Source of the DNA: a virus | Lineage: Duplodnaviria; Caudoviricetes | Length of the DNA stretch: 64,000 nt | Virus record (IMG/VR): IMGVR_UViG_3300021431_000005 | Location: 1 to 64,000 of that record | Reading direction: 5' to 3' (one strand) | Shown here: positions 10,532 to 20,223 of the stretch, piece after piece | Layout of the letters: every line of letters begins with the position of its first letter | Position numbering within the stretch: the stretch's first letter is position 1 | Notes under the pieces: model-generated | Database searches by the model: none | The model's input: the letters and a program-made list of their open reading frames with translations, nothing else | What the model was told of the DNA's origin: nothing | Position numbers and translations under genes: made by a program

Positions 10532-10560
10532 GAAATGGGGGACACGTTCTCCCATTTTGT
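10532..10560 (+). terminator. Probable terminator hairpin
   Basis: aaatggggga...tctcccatttt. Confidence 0.5.
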
Positions 10561-10575
10561 TACATAGGAGGAAAC

Positions 10576-10779
10576 ATGGGAAACAAATTAGGGCTGCATC
10601 AGAGGTATATGGCTGATTATGAATATCACATGATGCTTGAAAGATATGAAACCGACAGTAAAGATTTGGGTTCATACTATGAAAGCGAAGAGGAACACGC
10701 AAGACGTGTTAGAAAAAAGCCAAGGTACGATCCCGAGGCGGCATTAAAGAGAACAATGAAAGCAATAAAAGGAGAATAA
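10576..10779 (+). CDS. Hypothetical protein
   Basis: AGGAGG RBS; in the co-oriented gene run. Confidence 0.6.
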   Translation: MGNKLGLHQRYMADYEYHMMLERYETDSKDLGSYYESEEEHARRVRKKPRYDPEAALKRTMKAIKGE

Positions 10780-10784
10780 TTATT

Positions 10785-11024
10785 ATGACAAAGAAGATTA
10801 AGATTGACGTAATTAGCGATGTAAAAGAGTTTGTTGCCAGAGCTGAGAAGTATGGCGACAATATAATTGTTAAGGGAGTAAACTCCGCTTGCCCCGCTTG
10901 TTCACTCATGTCTATGCTGTCGCTGGTCGATGTAAGCAACGGAGCTAAGATTGTGTTTAACGAGCATCTTCTCTCAGAGGTCTTAAAGGATTTCTCGCCG
11001 TGGATAGTCAGAGATGGTGAGTAA
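10785..11024 (+). CDS. HPr/Crh-like protein
   Basis: 79 aa; DVKEFV..A...I.V...(PAC)SLMSMLSL matches the HPr Ser46 motif (nAKSimgvlsL); no His15. Confidence 0.6.
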   Translation: MTKKIKIDVISDVKEFVARAEKYGDNIIVKGVNSACPACSLMSMLSLVDVSNGAKIVFNEHLLSEVLKDFSPWIVRDGE

Positions 11025-11829
11025 AATGGGGGAATTTAATAAAATGGTTATTATTGGAAAGTCAATAACATCAATTGTTCTTGGAATTGTAACACTTGCG
11101 GCTTGTCATAAAGTTGCTATTATAAGCGAATCACTCCCAACCAAACCTGACGATTCCAGTTCAGAGATTACATATTATTCGTCCTCGTTGGTTGAATCGA
11201 AACGAGTTAAGTTTGAACCAAAAGATAATTGTGCAGTAAGGGAATATGCAAATTCAATTTCAAGTGACGAGAGCTACGTTCTTCCAGAGGTAATTATCCC
11301 GAATATAAAACAAGAAATAGCCGAAGTGTCAGATTGTGATGTTTCCAAAGCTGTCGAGTCTTCGCCTGAAACGGACGAGGACTTTTTCTATTGTTCCGAA
11401 TCGCTTGATATTCCATCGGGCGAAACCGATTACTATGGATTTATGGACTATCGGACATTGACAGATACAAGCAGTAAACAGTGGGAACTCCAACAGTCTG
11501 CGTGGACTGATTGGCAAGGATTCAGAAGAATAGGCAATGACTATTGCGTTGCGCTCGGAACATACTATGGTGAAATTGGCGACAGATTTATTGTCACTAC
11601 CGACAAAGGAAACAGCTATTCTGTAATCATGAGTGATGCCAAAGGCTATGATGCCGTTAGTTATGATGGCTATAAAAGTTGGTATCATGTCTGTGGAGAC
11701 GGCAGATTGAACGTGGTGGAATTTATATGCGATACAGATTGCCTTGATTCTTTTGCTTGGACAATGGGAGATTGCGGAGTGCTTGACAATATAGGTGGCA
11801 ATGTCGTAAGTATTGAAAGGATTGATTGA
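11014..11829 (+). CDS. Putative membrane/lipoprotein with C-terminal 3D/DPBB-like domain
   Basis: Hydrophobic N-terminus ending LAAC; S/E-rich linker; YCVALGTYYG.IGD.F.V...D motif. Confidence 0.5.
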   Translation: MVSKMGEFNKMVIIGKSITSIVLGIVTLAACHKVAIISESLPTKPDDSSSEITYYSSSLVESKRVKFEPKDNCAVREYANSISSDESYVLPEVIIPNIKQEIAEVSDCDVSKAVESSPETDEDFFYCSESLDIPSGETDYYGFMDYRTLTDTSSKQWELQQSAWTDWQGFRRIGNDYCVALGTYYGEIGDRFIVTTDKGNSYSVIMSDAKGYDAVSYDGYKSWYHVCGDGRLNVVEFICDTDCLDSFAWTMGDCGVLDNIGGNVVSIERID

Positions 11830-13465
11830 TATAGGAATTAAAGTTTTATCATTATTTGATGGAATGAGTTGTGGGATGATAGCGTTTCAAAAAATGGGTA
11901 TTGATATAGACGAGTATCATGCCTATGAAATTGACAAGTATGCTATTAAGACTTCAAAGCATAATTTTCCTGAGATAATACATCATGGCGATGTGTTTGA
12001 AGGTGATTTTAAAGAGTATAAGGGATTTGATTATTTAGTCGGTGGCAGTCCTTGTACCTTTTGGTCGATCGCTCAGTCAAAAGATAAAAGAGAGACAACC
12101 GCAAGCGGTATAGGCTGGGAACTGTTTTCACAATATGTCAGAGCGTTACACGAGGCACAGCCCAAATATTTCTTATATGAAAACAACAAGTCGATGTCTA
12201 AGGATATTTATAAGTCAATCTCTGACACTTTTGGATTCGAGCCAATCTGTATCAACTCGGCGTTGGTTTCTGCACAGAACAGACAGCGTTTATATTGGGT
12301 CGGGAAAAGGAACCCCGATGGCACATACAGCAAAGCCGATATTGAACAGCCCAAAGATAGAGGCATTCTTTTGAGAGATGTCCTTGACGGAATGACAGAT
12401 CGTGAAAAAGGACGAGCCGTTATTGGCAGTACAGGCAGAACAACTGACAGAGAATACTTCAAAAAGTCACAGGGCAATATGACATTTGAACCTGTCGGAA
12501 CTACTAAAGAGGAAAAGGCATACTCGATGACGGCAAATTATTCTTATGGGAGTGGCGAGAATATAGGCAATTATGTTGCCCATACTCTTACAAAAGGTTG
12601 TAAAAGCATGGTTGCCGAACCTGTAAAAGAACTATCGGAAAAAGAAATGGACTACATGGTGCGAGAAACCAAGCCGACTTTTGATGGCAGATGGAATTAT
12701 TGTCAGCGTCCCGCACAAGACGATAAATCCAAGTGCTTGGTTGCAAATGTTTCAAAAGGTGTGCCTTACAATGTTGTCGCCGAACCAGTAAATCTAACCA
12801 AAGATGATAAGGCTCAGTGTATAAGAGCCACTTGTTATAAAGACGGTATAAGGAATATCGTGGGTAACAATGTTGACAAGCGAACAGGGGTTGCCGAACC
12901 TGTTGTGGTTGGAGTGGCACAACGAGGCAGATATAAGTCTGACGGTGATACCGAACAACATTATGAAACCAGAGAGGACGACAAGGCTAATTGTATTACG
13001 ACTGTTCATAAAGACTCTATGGTGTGTCAGCAGATTGGAGCCTTGCCAAGACCAAATGGAGAATTAAGCACGTCTCAGGCGTTTAGGATATATAGTCCAG
13101 ATGCTAAAGGTGTAACGTTAAAGGCTGGTGGCGGTGGCGCAGGCGGAAAAACTGGACTGTATGCAATTCCAGTTGAGTTTGAAAATGGCATACCTACAAA
13201 AGCTATTAGCTATGCAGATGGCAAAACATATAGAGTCTACAGGGTTAAGAACGGTCTAATTACTATTAAAGACAAAGAGTATCCCATTAAATTAATAGAC
13301 GGCTATTACATAATACGAAAGTTGACAGTAAGTGAGTGCAAGAGGTTACAGACCGTTCCCGAATGGTTTGATTTCCCCGTAAGCGATACACAGGCGTATA
13401 AGTGTTTAGGGAATGGTTGGACGGTTGACGTGATCGTGCATTTGTTAGAAGCGACTGTGAATTAA
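11813..13465 (+). CDS. DNA cytosine-5 methyltransferase with tandem target-recognition modules
   Basis: LSLFDG (motif I), GGSPC (IV), YENN (VI), QNRQRLY (VIII), RKLTVSECKRLQ (IX), LGNGW (X); long repeated variable region. Confidence 0.9.
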   Translation: MKGLIDIGIKVLSLFDGMSCGMIAFQKMGIDIDEYHAYEIDKYAIKTSKHNFPEIIHHGDVFEGDFKEYKGFDYLVGGSPCTFWSIAQSKDKRETTASGIGWELFSQYVRALHEAQPKYFLYENNKSMSKDIYKSISDTFGFEPICINSALVSAQNRQRLYWVGKRNPDGTYSKADIEQPKDRGILLRDVLDGMTDREKGRAVIGSTGRTTDREYFKKSQGNMTFEPVGTTKEEKAYSMTANYSYGSGENIGNYVAHTLTKGCKSMVAEPVKELSEKEMDYMVRETKPTFDGRWNYCQRPAQDDKSKCLVANVSKGVPYNVVAEPVNLTKDDKAQCIRATCYKDGIRNIVGNNVDKRTGVAEPVVVGVAQRGRYKSDGDTEQHYETREDDKANCITTVHKDSMVCQQIGALPRPNGELSTSQAFRIYSPDAKGVTLKAGGGGAGGKTGLYAIPVEFENGIPTKAISYADGKTYRVYRVKNGLITIKDKEYPIKLIDGYYIIRKLTVSECKRLQTVPEWFDFPVSDTQAYKCLGNGWTVDVIVHLLEATVN

Positions 13466-13491
13466 ATCGAGGTTTTATAAAGGAGATTTGA

Positions 13492-13692
13492 ATGATTTGT
13501 GTAATTAAACATGGGTGTCCCGTTGAGAACGGCTACAAGATTATATGCAGTAGGTGCGGTTGTGAGTTTCGGTTTGATAAATACGATGTGACTATTAGAC
13601 CTGATACGTTTGACTTTGTTGAGTGGACTAACCACTACTATATTCATTGTCCTGATTGTAGACATGAGATGTATCTTGGTGATAAGTTATAA
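13492..13692 (+). CDS. Small zinc-ribbon protein
   Basis: CSRCGC...CPDC; AAGGAG RBS. Confidence 0.7.
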   Translation: MICVIKHGCPVENGYKIICSRCGCEFRFDKYDVTIRPDTFDFVEWTNHYYIHCPDCRHEMYLGDKL

Positions 13693-13699
13693 ATAAGGA

Positions 13700-14011
13700 G
13701 TGATTTTTTTGAAAATTCTTGAATTAAGAACTGGCTCTCGTTATAGCAGAAGAATAGAAATCAGATTCTTAGACGATAATAAACCATTTGGTACAAATGA
13801 TCTATATGTTGGTTTTTCTAAGAATGACGAGAATTATGTTTTTGAAGTGAAAACTAAAATTACACATCCTGCGAACTGTACTTACGAATATGTGGCTACG
13901 TTCTTGGGCTACCATTGTCCTTTAGAAGAAGATATACTGTCCGCTCAATTTGATTGGATAACAGATCAAAATATTATTCGTCAAGCGCATAAAGAAGCTG
14001 GTTATACCTAA
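13700..14011 (+). CDS. Hypothetical protein
   Basis: ORF in the gene run with an RBS-like AAGGAG. Confidence 0.55.
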   Translation: MIFLKILELRTGSRYSRRIEIRFLDDNKPFGTNDLYVGFSKNDENYVFEVKTKITHPANCTYEYVATFLGYHCPLEEDILSAQFDWITDQNIIRQAHKEAGYT

Positions 14012-14040
14012 ATACAAAAAAGTTGAAAAGAGGTTTTATT

Positions 14041-14490
14041 ATGGACATTGAAGAAATAGACAATCTTGTAAAAGAAGGAATATTTACTACTGTTGATAAA
14101 ACAAAATTTCTTGAACATCTTACCGTTCGTGATGACGGTACTTTAATAGGAGTAATGACTAATGATAAAGACTTGATTGTAAAATACGGATATAAAAAAG
14201 TACCATCAGAAAAGGAACCATTATGGAAATATGTTTATGAAAATATTTCTCCCACGTTGGGAGCAGAAGATCATTCCCCCATATTTTATAAATATGGAAT
14301 GACGGTGTGCGGAGTATGTGATTATTGGTGTTGGTTTACGTCTGATAAGATTACAGATTATGCACGACAAAAAGGTCATGTACCTATTGACGAAGCTCCC
14401 GAAGCTGACCTGTGGCAACTTATAGCCTTATGTGAAAGATATTGGAAAATACAATATATGAGATGGTATCATAATGCAGTAAACAAGTAA
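14041..14490 (+). CDS. Hypothetical protein
   Basis: GAGG RBS before ATG 14041; Trp/Cys-rich. Confidence 0.6.
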   Translation: MDIEEIDNLVKEGIFTTVDKTKFLEHLTVRDDGTLIGVMTNDKDLIVKYGYKKVPSEKEPLWKYVYENISPTLGAEDHSPIFYKYGMTVCGVCDYWCWFTSDKITDYARQKGHVPIDEAPEADLWQLIALCERYWKIQYMRWYHNAVNK

Positions 14491-14512
14491 AAAAGAGGAA
14501 AGGAAATAGAAA

Positions 14513-14905
14513 ATGATCGTTCTATCTAAAGGTGAAAAATGGTATAGTGAAAACTACACACATTACGAACCTATGAAGTTCCGTGATTTTGAACGTTTTG
14601 GTCGAGGGGAATATGAATATGCAAAGATGGCACAGGTCGAGCATTATTCCGCTGATGTTTGTTATAGTTATTTTCCTGTGGGTTTAAATAGTGGCATTTC
14701 AATAAATCAAAAAATGCGTTGGTGCTTTTCTCTTACAAGAATGGTATCTAATGAAGCAAGATGTCACGCAGGGGAGCAACGTTCAAAATATGTTTACCTT
14801 ACCATAGAAGAAATAAAAGAGTTGTACAAAGACCCCAAAAGCATTTGGGATAAAGCTGATAGATGGTGCGAAAATAACGATGACGAGGAGGAAGATAACA
14901 AATGA
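14513..14905 (+). CDS. Hypothetical protein
   Basis: RBS; ATGA-type overlap with the next gene. Confidence 0.6.
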   Translation: MIVLSKGEKWYSENYTHYEPMKFRDFERFGRGEYEYAKMAQVEHYSADVCYSYFPVGLNSGISINQKMRWCFSLTRMVSNEARCHAGEQRSKYVYLTIEEIKELYKDPKSIWDKADRWCENNDDEEEDNK

Positions 14906-15132
14906 AAGACTATTTTGGAAATGAAATCCACATGGGCGACACAATCCTTTTCTCTGGCAGAAATTCTCGCGGTTATCGTGCTTCTTTTGACGAATGTGTT
15001 GTTACGGAATTTAAAGGAAACTCGAAAGTCTTAGTTAAAGCAGCTCCATATACTTTTCAAAATGATTATCGCATGAGTGACAATGTGGTTAATCTTACTG
15101 CGTTAGGGTTAAGACAAAGACAAAAGGAGTGA
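14902..15132 (+). CDS. Small SH3/KOW-like (YopX/YorP-like) protein, paralog of 16458-16724
   Basis: DYFGNEIHMGD...VNLTALGL. Confidence 0.55.
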   Translation: MKDYFGNEIHMGDTILFSGRNSRGYRASFDECVVTEFKGNSKVLVKAAPYTFQNDYRMSDNVVNLTALGLRQRQKE

Positions 15133-15136
15133 AGTT

Positions 15137-15859
15137 ATGATAAGATTCGGAATAACAGAAGCTGGTGATGCTGGACTTGATTTTTCTTGGGAAAATAAAT
15201 TACTTGATGGGAACATTATAATCACCAAACATATGACCACAAACAATCAAAAATTAAATAAAGCTCTTTTAAAAAATAAAGATAAAATAATCCTTCATGC
15301 TACTTGTACAGGATATGGAAGCACTAAAGTAGAACCCAATGTTCCGAAGCCTTATGAAATTTATCAAGGAGTAAGGGAATTGATTAAGGCTGGATTTCCC
15401 AGCAGGCAGATTGTTCTTAGAGTCGATCCAATTATTCCTACAGAAAAAGGGCTTAAAACAATAATTCAACCTTTAACTCTGTTTAAAGATACAGGAGTGA
15501 CAAGGGTCAGGTATTCGATTATAGATATGTACCCCCACGTGAAAGATAGGTTTTTAAAAGAATATGGAAATCTTCCATTTAAGACTTTTAAAGCTCCTAA
15601 AAAAATGGTTGATGATTTGTTGTCGTTTATAGAACAATACAGAAAGTATTACACCTTTGAGGCTTGTGCAGAAGAATTGCCTGACAAAGTTGGATGTATT
15701 AGTCAAAAGGATTTTGAAATTCTTGGTCTTGATACTTCGCAGATTAAAGAAGGGGGATTTCAAAGAAAAGGTTGCGCTTGTTGTGCGGGAAAAACCGAGT
15801 TGCTTAAAAACAAAAAAAGGTGTCCATCGGGATGTATTTATTGTTATTGGAGAGATTAA
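15137..15859 (+). CDS. DUF1848-like / radical-SAM-related protein
   Basis: TK, ATCTGYG...EPNVP, LRVDPI, QRKGC.C and C-terminal CPSGCIYCYW (CxxxCxxC). Confidence 0.7.
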   Translation: MIRFGITEAGDAGLDFSWENKLLDGNIIITKHMTTNNQKLNKALLKNKDKIILHATCTGYGSTKVEPNVPKPYEIYQGVRELIKAGFPSRQIVLRVDPIIPTEKGLKTIIQPLTLFKDTGVTRVRYSIIDMYPHVKDRFLKEYGNLPFKTFKAPKKMVDDLLSFIEQYRKYYTFEACAEELPDKVGCISQKDFEILGLDTSQIKEGGFQRKGCACCAGKTELLKNKKRCPSGCIYCYWRD

Positions 15860-15878
15860 ATAATAAAGGAGTTGTACT

Positions 15879-16130
15879 ATGGATCAGAGAGCGATTGATA
15901 TAGTAAGAGATTACATAAACGACCATCTTGACGTTACCAATTTTACAGTCAATGCAAGTTTTGAGGTTTATACAGTCTGGAAGTGTAAGGTTTTGCAGAA
16001 TTGGAAGTATCTCATTTCAAGTACGCTTTTGGACGGAATGTATTACGAAGTAACCTACAATGGTGACAAGAAGGAATGGTATCTCGATGCTTATAAGAAG
16101 TTTGAAAATCGAGTAATCAAGGAGATATAA
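15879..16130 (+). CDS. DUF6275-like phage protein
   Basis: VYTVWKCKVLQNWK.LISSTL.DGMYYEVTYNGDKKEWYLDAYKKFEN. Confidence 0.75.
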   Translation: MDQRAIDIVRDYINDHLDVTNFTVNASFEVYTVWKCKVLQNWKYLISSTLLDGMYYEVTYNGDKKEWYLDAYKKFENRVIKEI

Positions 16131-16132
16131 TA

Positions 16133-16468
16133 ATGAACATTATTAACAAACCTCGTGGCACAGGTAAAACAGTTGAACTTATTTATGCCAGCGAAGTCAC
16201 TGGTGCAAGAATAATAACGGAAACCAAATCCGGTGTTGACTATATTCTTCAAAAAACGAAAGAACTTGGTTGCAATATTCCTACTCCTTATTCGGCATAC
16301 GAGTATATGCAGGGCAAGTATACCGAGCAAAATGAAATAGGCAAAAGCATTTTAATTGATGATATTAGTTCCAAAACTCTTAAAAATGTTTTTGAGAATT
16401 ATTTTGAACATCCTGTGATTGCGATTACAATGAGTTTAGACAATAATAAGGAGAATAGTGATGACTGA
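16133..16468 (+). CDS. Small P-loop protein
   Basis: PRGTGKT Walker A and ILIDD Walker B in only 111 aa. Confidence 0.6.
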   Translation: MNIINKPRGTGKTVELIYASEVTGARIITETKSGVDYILQKTKELGCNIPTPYSAYEYMQGKYTEQNEIGKSILIDDISSKTLKNVFENYFEHPVIAITMSLDNNKENSDD

Positions 16469-16724
16469 TTATTTAGACAATGAAATTAATATAGGAGATG
16501 CTGTTCTTTACGTAGATGGAACCACAACTGATTATCCTTATTCAAAAGGCATTGTGACGGAATTTATCAAGCGGAAGGGTTATAGTCGGTTTAGAGGAAA
16601 CACTCTTATAGATTATGTAGTATATCAAGGGGTTTGTGGAAAGGGTTATCGGCAAGGACATAGTTTAATCAATCTTACAGCCCTTGGGCTAATACCAAGA
16701 CAAGAGGTAAAGGACAATGAATGA
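16458..16724 (+). CDS. Small protein, paralog of 14902-15132
   Basis: DYLDNEINIGD...INLTALGL. Confidence 0.55.
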   Translation: MMTDYLDNEINIGDAVLYVDGTTTDYPYSKGIVTEFIKRKGYSRFRGNTLIDYVVYQGVCGKGYRQGHSLINLTALGLIPRQEVKDNE

Positions 16725-16887
16725 ACAGATTTATAAGTTAACTGATAAGGGATTGGCTAAATTTCAAGAGCGAATCGGTGGTTGTTGTGAACTACCTATT
16801 CAGTGGGCTTTTGATATTCTTCTTGAAGTCATTGACTGGGATAAGAACAATGTGAGAGAGATTGAAGAAAGGAATAACATTGAATAA
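16717..16887 (+). CDS. Small hypothetical protein (56 aa, not in ORF track)
   Basis: MNEQIYKLTDKG...RNNIE*; overlaps both neighbours; AAGGA upstream. Confidence 0.5.
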   Translation: MNEQIYKLTDKGLAKFQERIGGCCELPIQWAFDILLEVIDWDKNNVREIEERNNIE

Positions 16888-17728
16888 AGAAAAGTTTGTC
16901 AAGTCTCCATTGAATTACATCGGTGGAAAACATAAATTATTATCAGAGATTCTTCCTCTATTCCCAAAGCAAATCGACACATTTATTGATTTGTTTACGG
17001 GCGGAGCAAATGTGACAGCGAACGTAGTTGCAAATCGTTATATCTGTAACGATGTCAATCGGTCGGTCATAGAAATACTCGAACGTCTTGATTCGGATCG
17101 TGTAGAAGTGCTGTTAAGCGAAATTGATTATTACATAAATAAATATAAATTGTCCAAAGAGAATCGTCAGGGCTATTTGGAGTTAAGGGACGATTATAAC
17201 AACACCGCCTATAAACAGCCTATGATGTTATATACGCTTATATGCTATTCTTTCAATAATCAATTAAGATTCAATTCTAAGGGAGAGTTTAATATGCCAT
17301 TCGGCTGTGGCAGGAGTTCATTCAATCCAACTTTAAGAGAAAAATTTGTTGATTTTTGTCAAAACCTACAAGACAAAGACATATGTTTTAGTGCTAATGA
17401 TTTTATAAGATACTCGAACCTCGAACCAAGCGAGGGTCTTTTTGTATATTGTGATCCGCCATATCTTAATAGTTATGCTCCATACAACGAACGAGATGGT
17501 TGGACTATTGAGGACGAGAACGAACTGAGAAAAATGTTGTGTGATTATAATAGTAAGGGTATCAAATGGGCTTTATCAAACAATGTAGCAGTTAATCAAA
17601 CACTGATTGAATGGGCTAATAGTAACAGTTTCAAAATTCATTATCTGTCTGCTTCCTATAATAATTGCAATTATCAAAAGAAAAATAGGGACAAGAAAGA
17701 TATGGAGATTCTGATTACCAACTATTGA
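16880..17728 (+). CDS. dam: Dam-family (D12 class) DNA adenine methyltransferase
   Basis: KSPLNYIGGK, IDLFTGG, RFNSKGEFNMPFG, YCDPPY, EILITNY. TTG start after AAGGA. Confidence 0.9.
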   Translation: MNKEKFVKSPLNYIGGKHKLLSEILPLFPKQIDTFIDLFTGGANVTANVVANRYICNDVNRSVIEILERLDSDRVEVLLSEIDYYINKYKLSKENRQGYLELRDDYNNTAYKQPMMLYTLICYSFNNQLRFNSKGEFNMPFGCGRSSFNPTLREKFVDFCQNLQDKDICFSANDFIRYSNLEPSEGLFVYCDPPYLNSYAPYNERDGWTIEDENELRKMLCDYNSKGIKWALSNNVAVNQTLIEWANSNSFKIHYLSASYNNCNYQKKNRDKKDMEILITNY

Positions 17729-17858
17729 TTAAAGAGAATGGTGGTGATACATATGACAAAATACAAGTTGGTTTGGTCTGACAAAGATTTAAATATCTTG
17801 CAGAAGATAGGTTCTACGATTTGTCTTTTCTTCAAAAGTATACATGACTGGATAAAGT

Positions 17859-18398
17859 ATGAACAGTAAAAAGGAGTTGGTAGAATTGCTCGTGCCTGCA
17901 CAGCTTTACAAAGAAGAACTTAAACGCAAGATGATTTCTTGTTGGTATGATCCGAAATATCAGTGGTATTTTGCAAACGACAGAAATGAGTTTGAGATAC
18001 CCGACAACGCTTATTGGCGCAGAGACTTCGTTCACTTAAACAACGAAGGAGAGGTCGATGGTTATTTCACCTACAACTACGAAGATGGTAATAAGTCGCT
18101 CAGGAACTTTGGGCTTATAGGATTCAACGAGAACAATATACCTTTTTTAATTGACGTGCTTTCTAACATCAAGACCATGTTTGAGCAGGGAGCGCAGCGA
18201 ATGGAGTTCTTTGCATTTGCCGACAATCCTGCTGTTAAACTGTACGATAGGTTTATCAAGAAGTTCGGTGGTAAGAAAGTTGGTACTCTGCGTAGAGTAG
18301 CTTGGTTCAACGGTGGGTATCATGATTCGGTGATCTATGAAATTTTGAGAGAGGATATAATCATGAAGTCAAGTGGGGGCGACAAAAATGGATGTTAA
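17859..18398 (+). CDS. GNAT/RimJ-like acetyltransferase, paralog of 28983-29474
   Basis: GYF.Y...NFGL..F...DNPAVKLYDRFIKKFGG...YHD..IYEI. Confidence 0.65.
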   Translation: MNSKKELVELLVPAQLYKEELKRKMISCWYDPKYQWYFANDRNEFEIPDNAYWRRDFVHLNNEGEVDGYFTYNYEDGNKSLRNFGLIGFNENNIPFLIDVLSNIKTMFEQGAQRMEFFAFADNPAVKLYDRFIKKFGGKKVGTLRRVAWFNGGYHDSVIYEILREDIIMKSSGGDKNGC

Positions 18399-19440
18399 TA
18401 CAGTAACTCTCATGTACCATGATGGCATAAATTCCCACAGTCTGCGTCCACATATAGCAGATGTAAATTCTAAATTTAAGCAGACAAGAGAATTGGCTTT
18501 TAGTAAAGATGACTTGGGGAATATAGTACATTATGTAACAACGAATGTCTCATACTACATAGATGACACAGAAGTCAGTAGGGAAGTGTTTGAAGAAGTG
18601 TCCCGAAAGTTATCAGATATTGTAGAAACAATAACAAATAAAGAATGTAAGTACAAGACCATTCATGATATGAATGGCGTGACAGTTTGGCAAATTGATT
18701 TAGAAGGAGCAGACAGTATGGGTTGGATTGATTATCTTACAGCAGACACAAAATGGCGCTATCCTTGGGGGAAAGATTGGGCTGATTGCTACATGAACGG
18801 AATTATAGCAGATATAAATGCTAGGCAGGCTATAAACAATACATATACTAAGGAGAAAATCGAAATGAAAAACACAAATAACAACAAGAAAAACATGATT
18901 ACAATAAGAAACTATACATACGAGGTTGCTACTGGTAAGACTACGATCTTTTGGTCTGACAACACTCAGACAACAGTTGTCGCCGAACCGAATACCGAAT
19001 CCTCTCAGTACGTTGGTTTTGTTTCGGCTTGTGCAAAGAAGCTCTTTGGTAACAAGTCTACATATCTTAATCAGTTTGACAAGTGGGCTGTAAAGATTCC
19101 TGCAAAGAGAAAAGCAGAAGCAGAAAAGAAAGTGGCAGAAGAAAAGGCTCGTGCAAAAGCAATGGCAGAAAAGAAGGCAAAGCAGGAGGCTCGTGCCGAA
19201 AAGAGAGTAATTGATTCTTATGCAAAGGAAATTATGAATGATTTCGAGGAAGAGATGAAGCGTCGTAGGGGTGAAGATGTATACAGCAAGGCAGAGAAGA
19301 TTGCTGTTGAGAAACTTGGAGTCCCGACAGAGTATATAAATCGCTTTAAGAATCCGGAAGCTTTCGATAAATATGTTAACGACTCTATGAACAAGGAAAA
19401 GGACGAGACCAAGACCGAGACTGAGGGGAATAAAATATGA
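18389..19440 (+). CDS. Hypothetical multi-domain protein with K/A/E-rich coiled coil
   Basis: TTIFWSDNTQTTV...GF..A.AKK phage domain followed by a charged helix. Confidence 0.55.
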
Positions 19441-19607
19441 AAATAGGAATACCGCAGATTATTATGCTATTCATTTATGTGTGTGCTTTTGGTATCAACT
19501 TAGCAAAACATGGTGAAAAAGAGGAAAGTACATATGACGCAGGCAAATCGTTGGTGGTTACAATAATCAATATTGGGCTACTTTGGTGGGGAGGATTCTT
19601 TTCATGA
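19437..19607 (+). CDS. Small two-TM membrane protein (56 aa, not in ORF track)
   Basis: MKIGIPQIIMLFIYVCAFGINLAKHG...LLWWGGFFS*; ATGA overlaps on both sides. Confidence 0.7.
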   Translation: MKIGIPQIIMLFIYVCAFGINLAKHGEKEESTYDAGKSLVVTIINIGLLWWGGFFS

Positions 19608-19849
19608 AAGCAAAAATTATTAAAACAGAACAGAATGATTATAGTCAGAGAGTACCAAAGAAGGTTCTGTCAGATCCCGAGTTTGCAAGAACTTGCTACG
19701 ATATGTTGGTTGCTGAAAAGCCTAACGAAAATAATGCTTCGTTTGAAACATGGTATGACAATGTAAGAACCATTGCATTCGGACAGCGAATTATTGACAT
19801 AGACGACTTTTATCAAACCATGAACAGAGTTAAGAAAGGGGGTGTTTAA
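19604..19849 (+). CDS. Hypothetical protein
   Basis: GGGAGG RBS; ATGA coupling. Confidence 0.6.
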   Translation: MKAKIIKTEQNDYSQRVPKKVLSDPEFARTCYDMLVAEKPNENNASFETWYDNVRTIAFGQRIIDIDDFYQTMNRVKKGGV

Positions 19850-19850
19850 T

Positions 19851-20198
19851 ATGGCAAAAGAATATTACTCCAAGACTATTTACATAGCTGGTGCTTACGG
19901 CGGCTCGGAAAGTGCGAAGGAATACTTGGAAACGTGTTGTCGCAGGCTCTCCGTAGAATATCCTTCTTATTGCTTTATTAACGGTGTCTCAGAATTTTCA
20001 CATTGGTATGGCGAGTCTGATTCTATAATGGAAGATTTAAAAAGGTGTGTGACACTTCTTAAAAAGAGTGACGAAGTTTGGGTGATGACACAGAGCGACT
20101 GGGAGGAATCTCAGGGAACTATGGTTGAGATATTTGTGGCGATGGAAAACGACATCCCAGTGGTGTTTGGAAAAGACAAAGACCTATTTTTAAAGTGA
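19851..20198 (+). CDS. DUF4406/nucleoside 2-deoxyribosyltransferase-like protein
   Basis: IYIAGAY...LL..SDEVW...WEESQGT..E..VA....IPV. Confidence 0.7.
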   Translation: MAKEYYSKTIYIAGAYGGSESAKEYLETCCRRLSVEYPSYCFINGVSEFSHWYGESDSIMEDLKRCVTLLKKSDEVWVMTQSDWEESQGTMVEIFVAMENDIPVVFGKDKDLFLK

Positions 20199-20223
20199 TA
20201 AAGATACTAAGGAGATGATAAAC

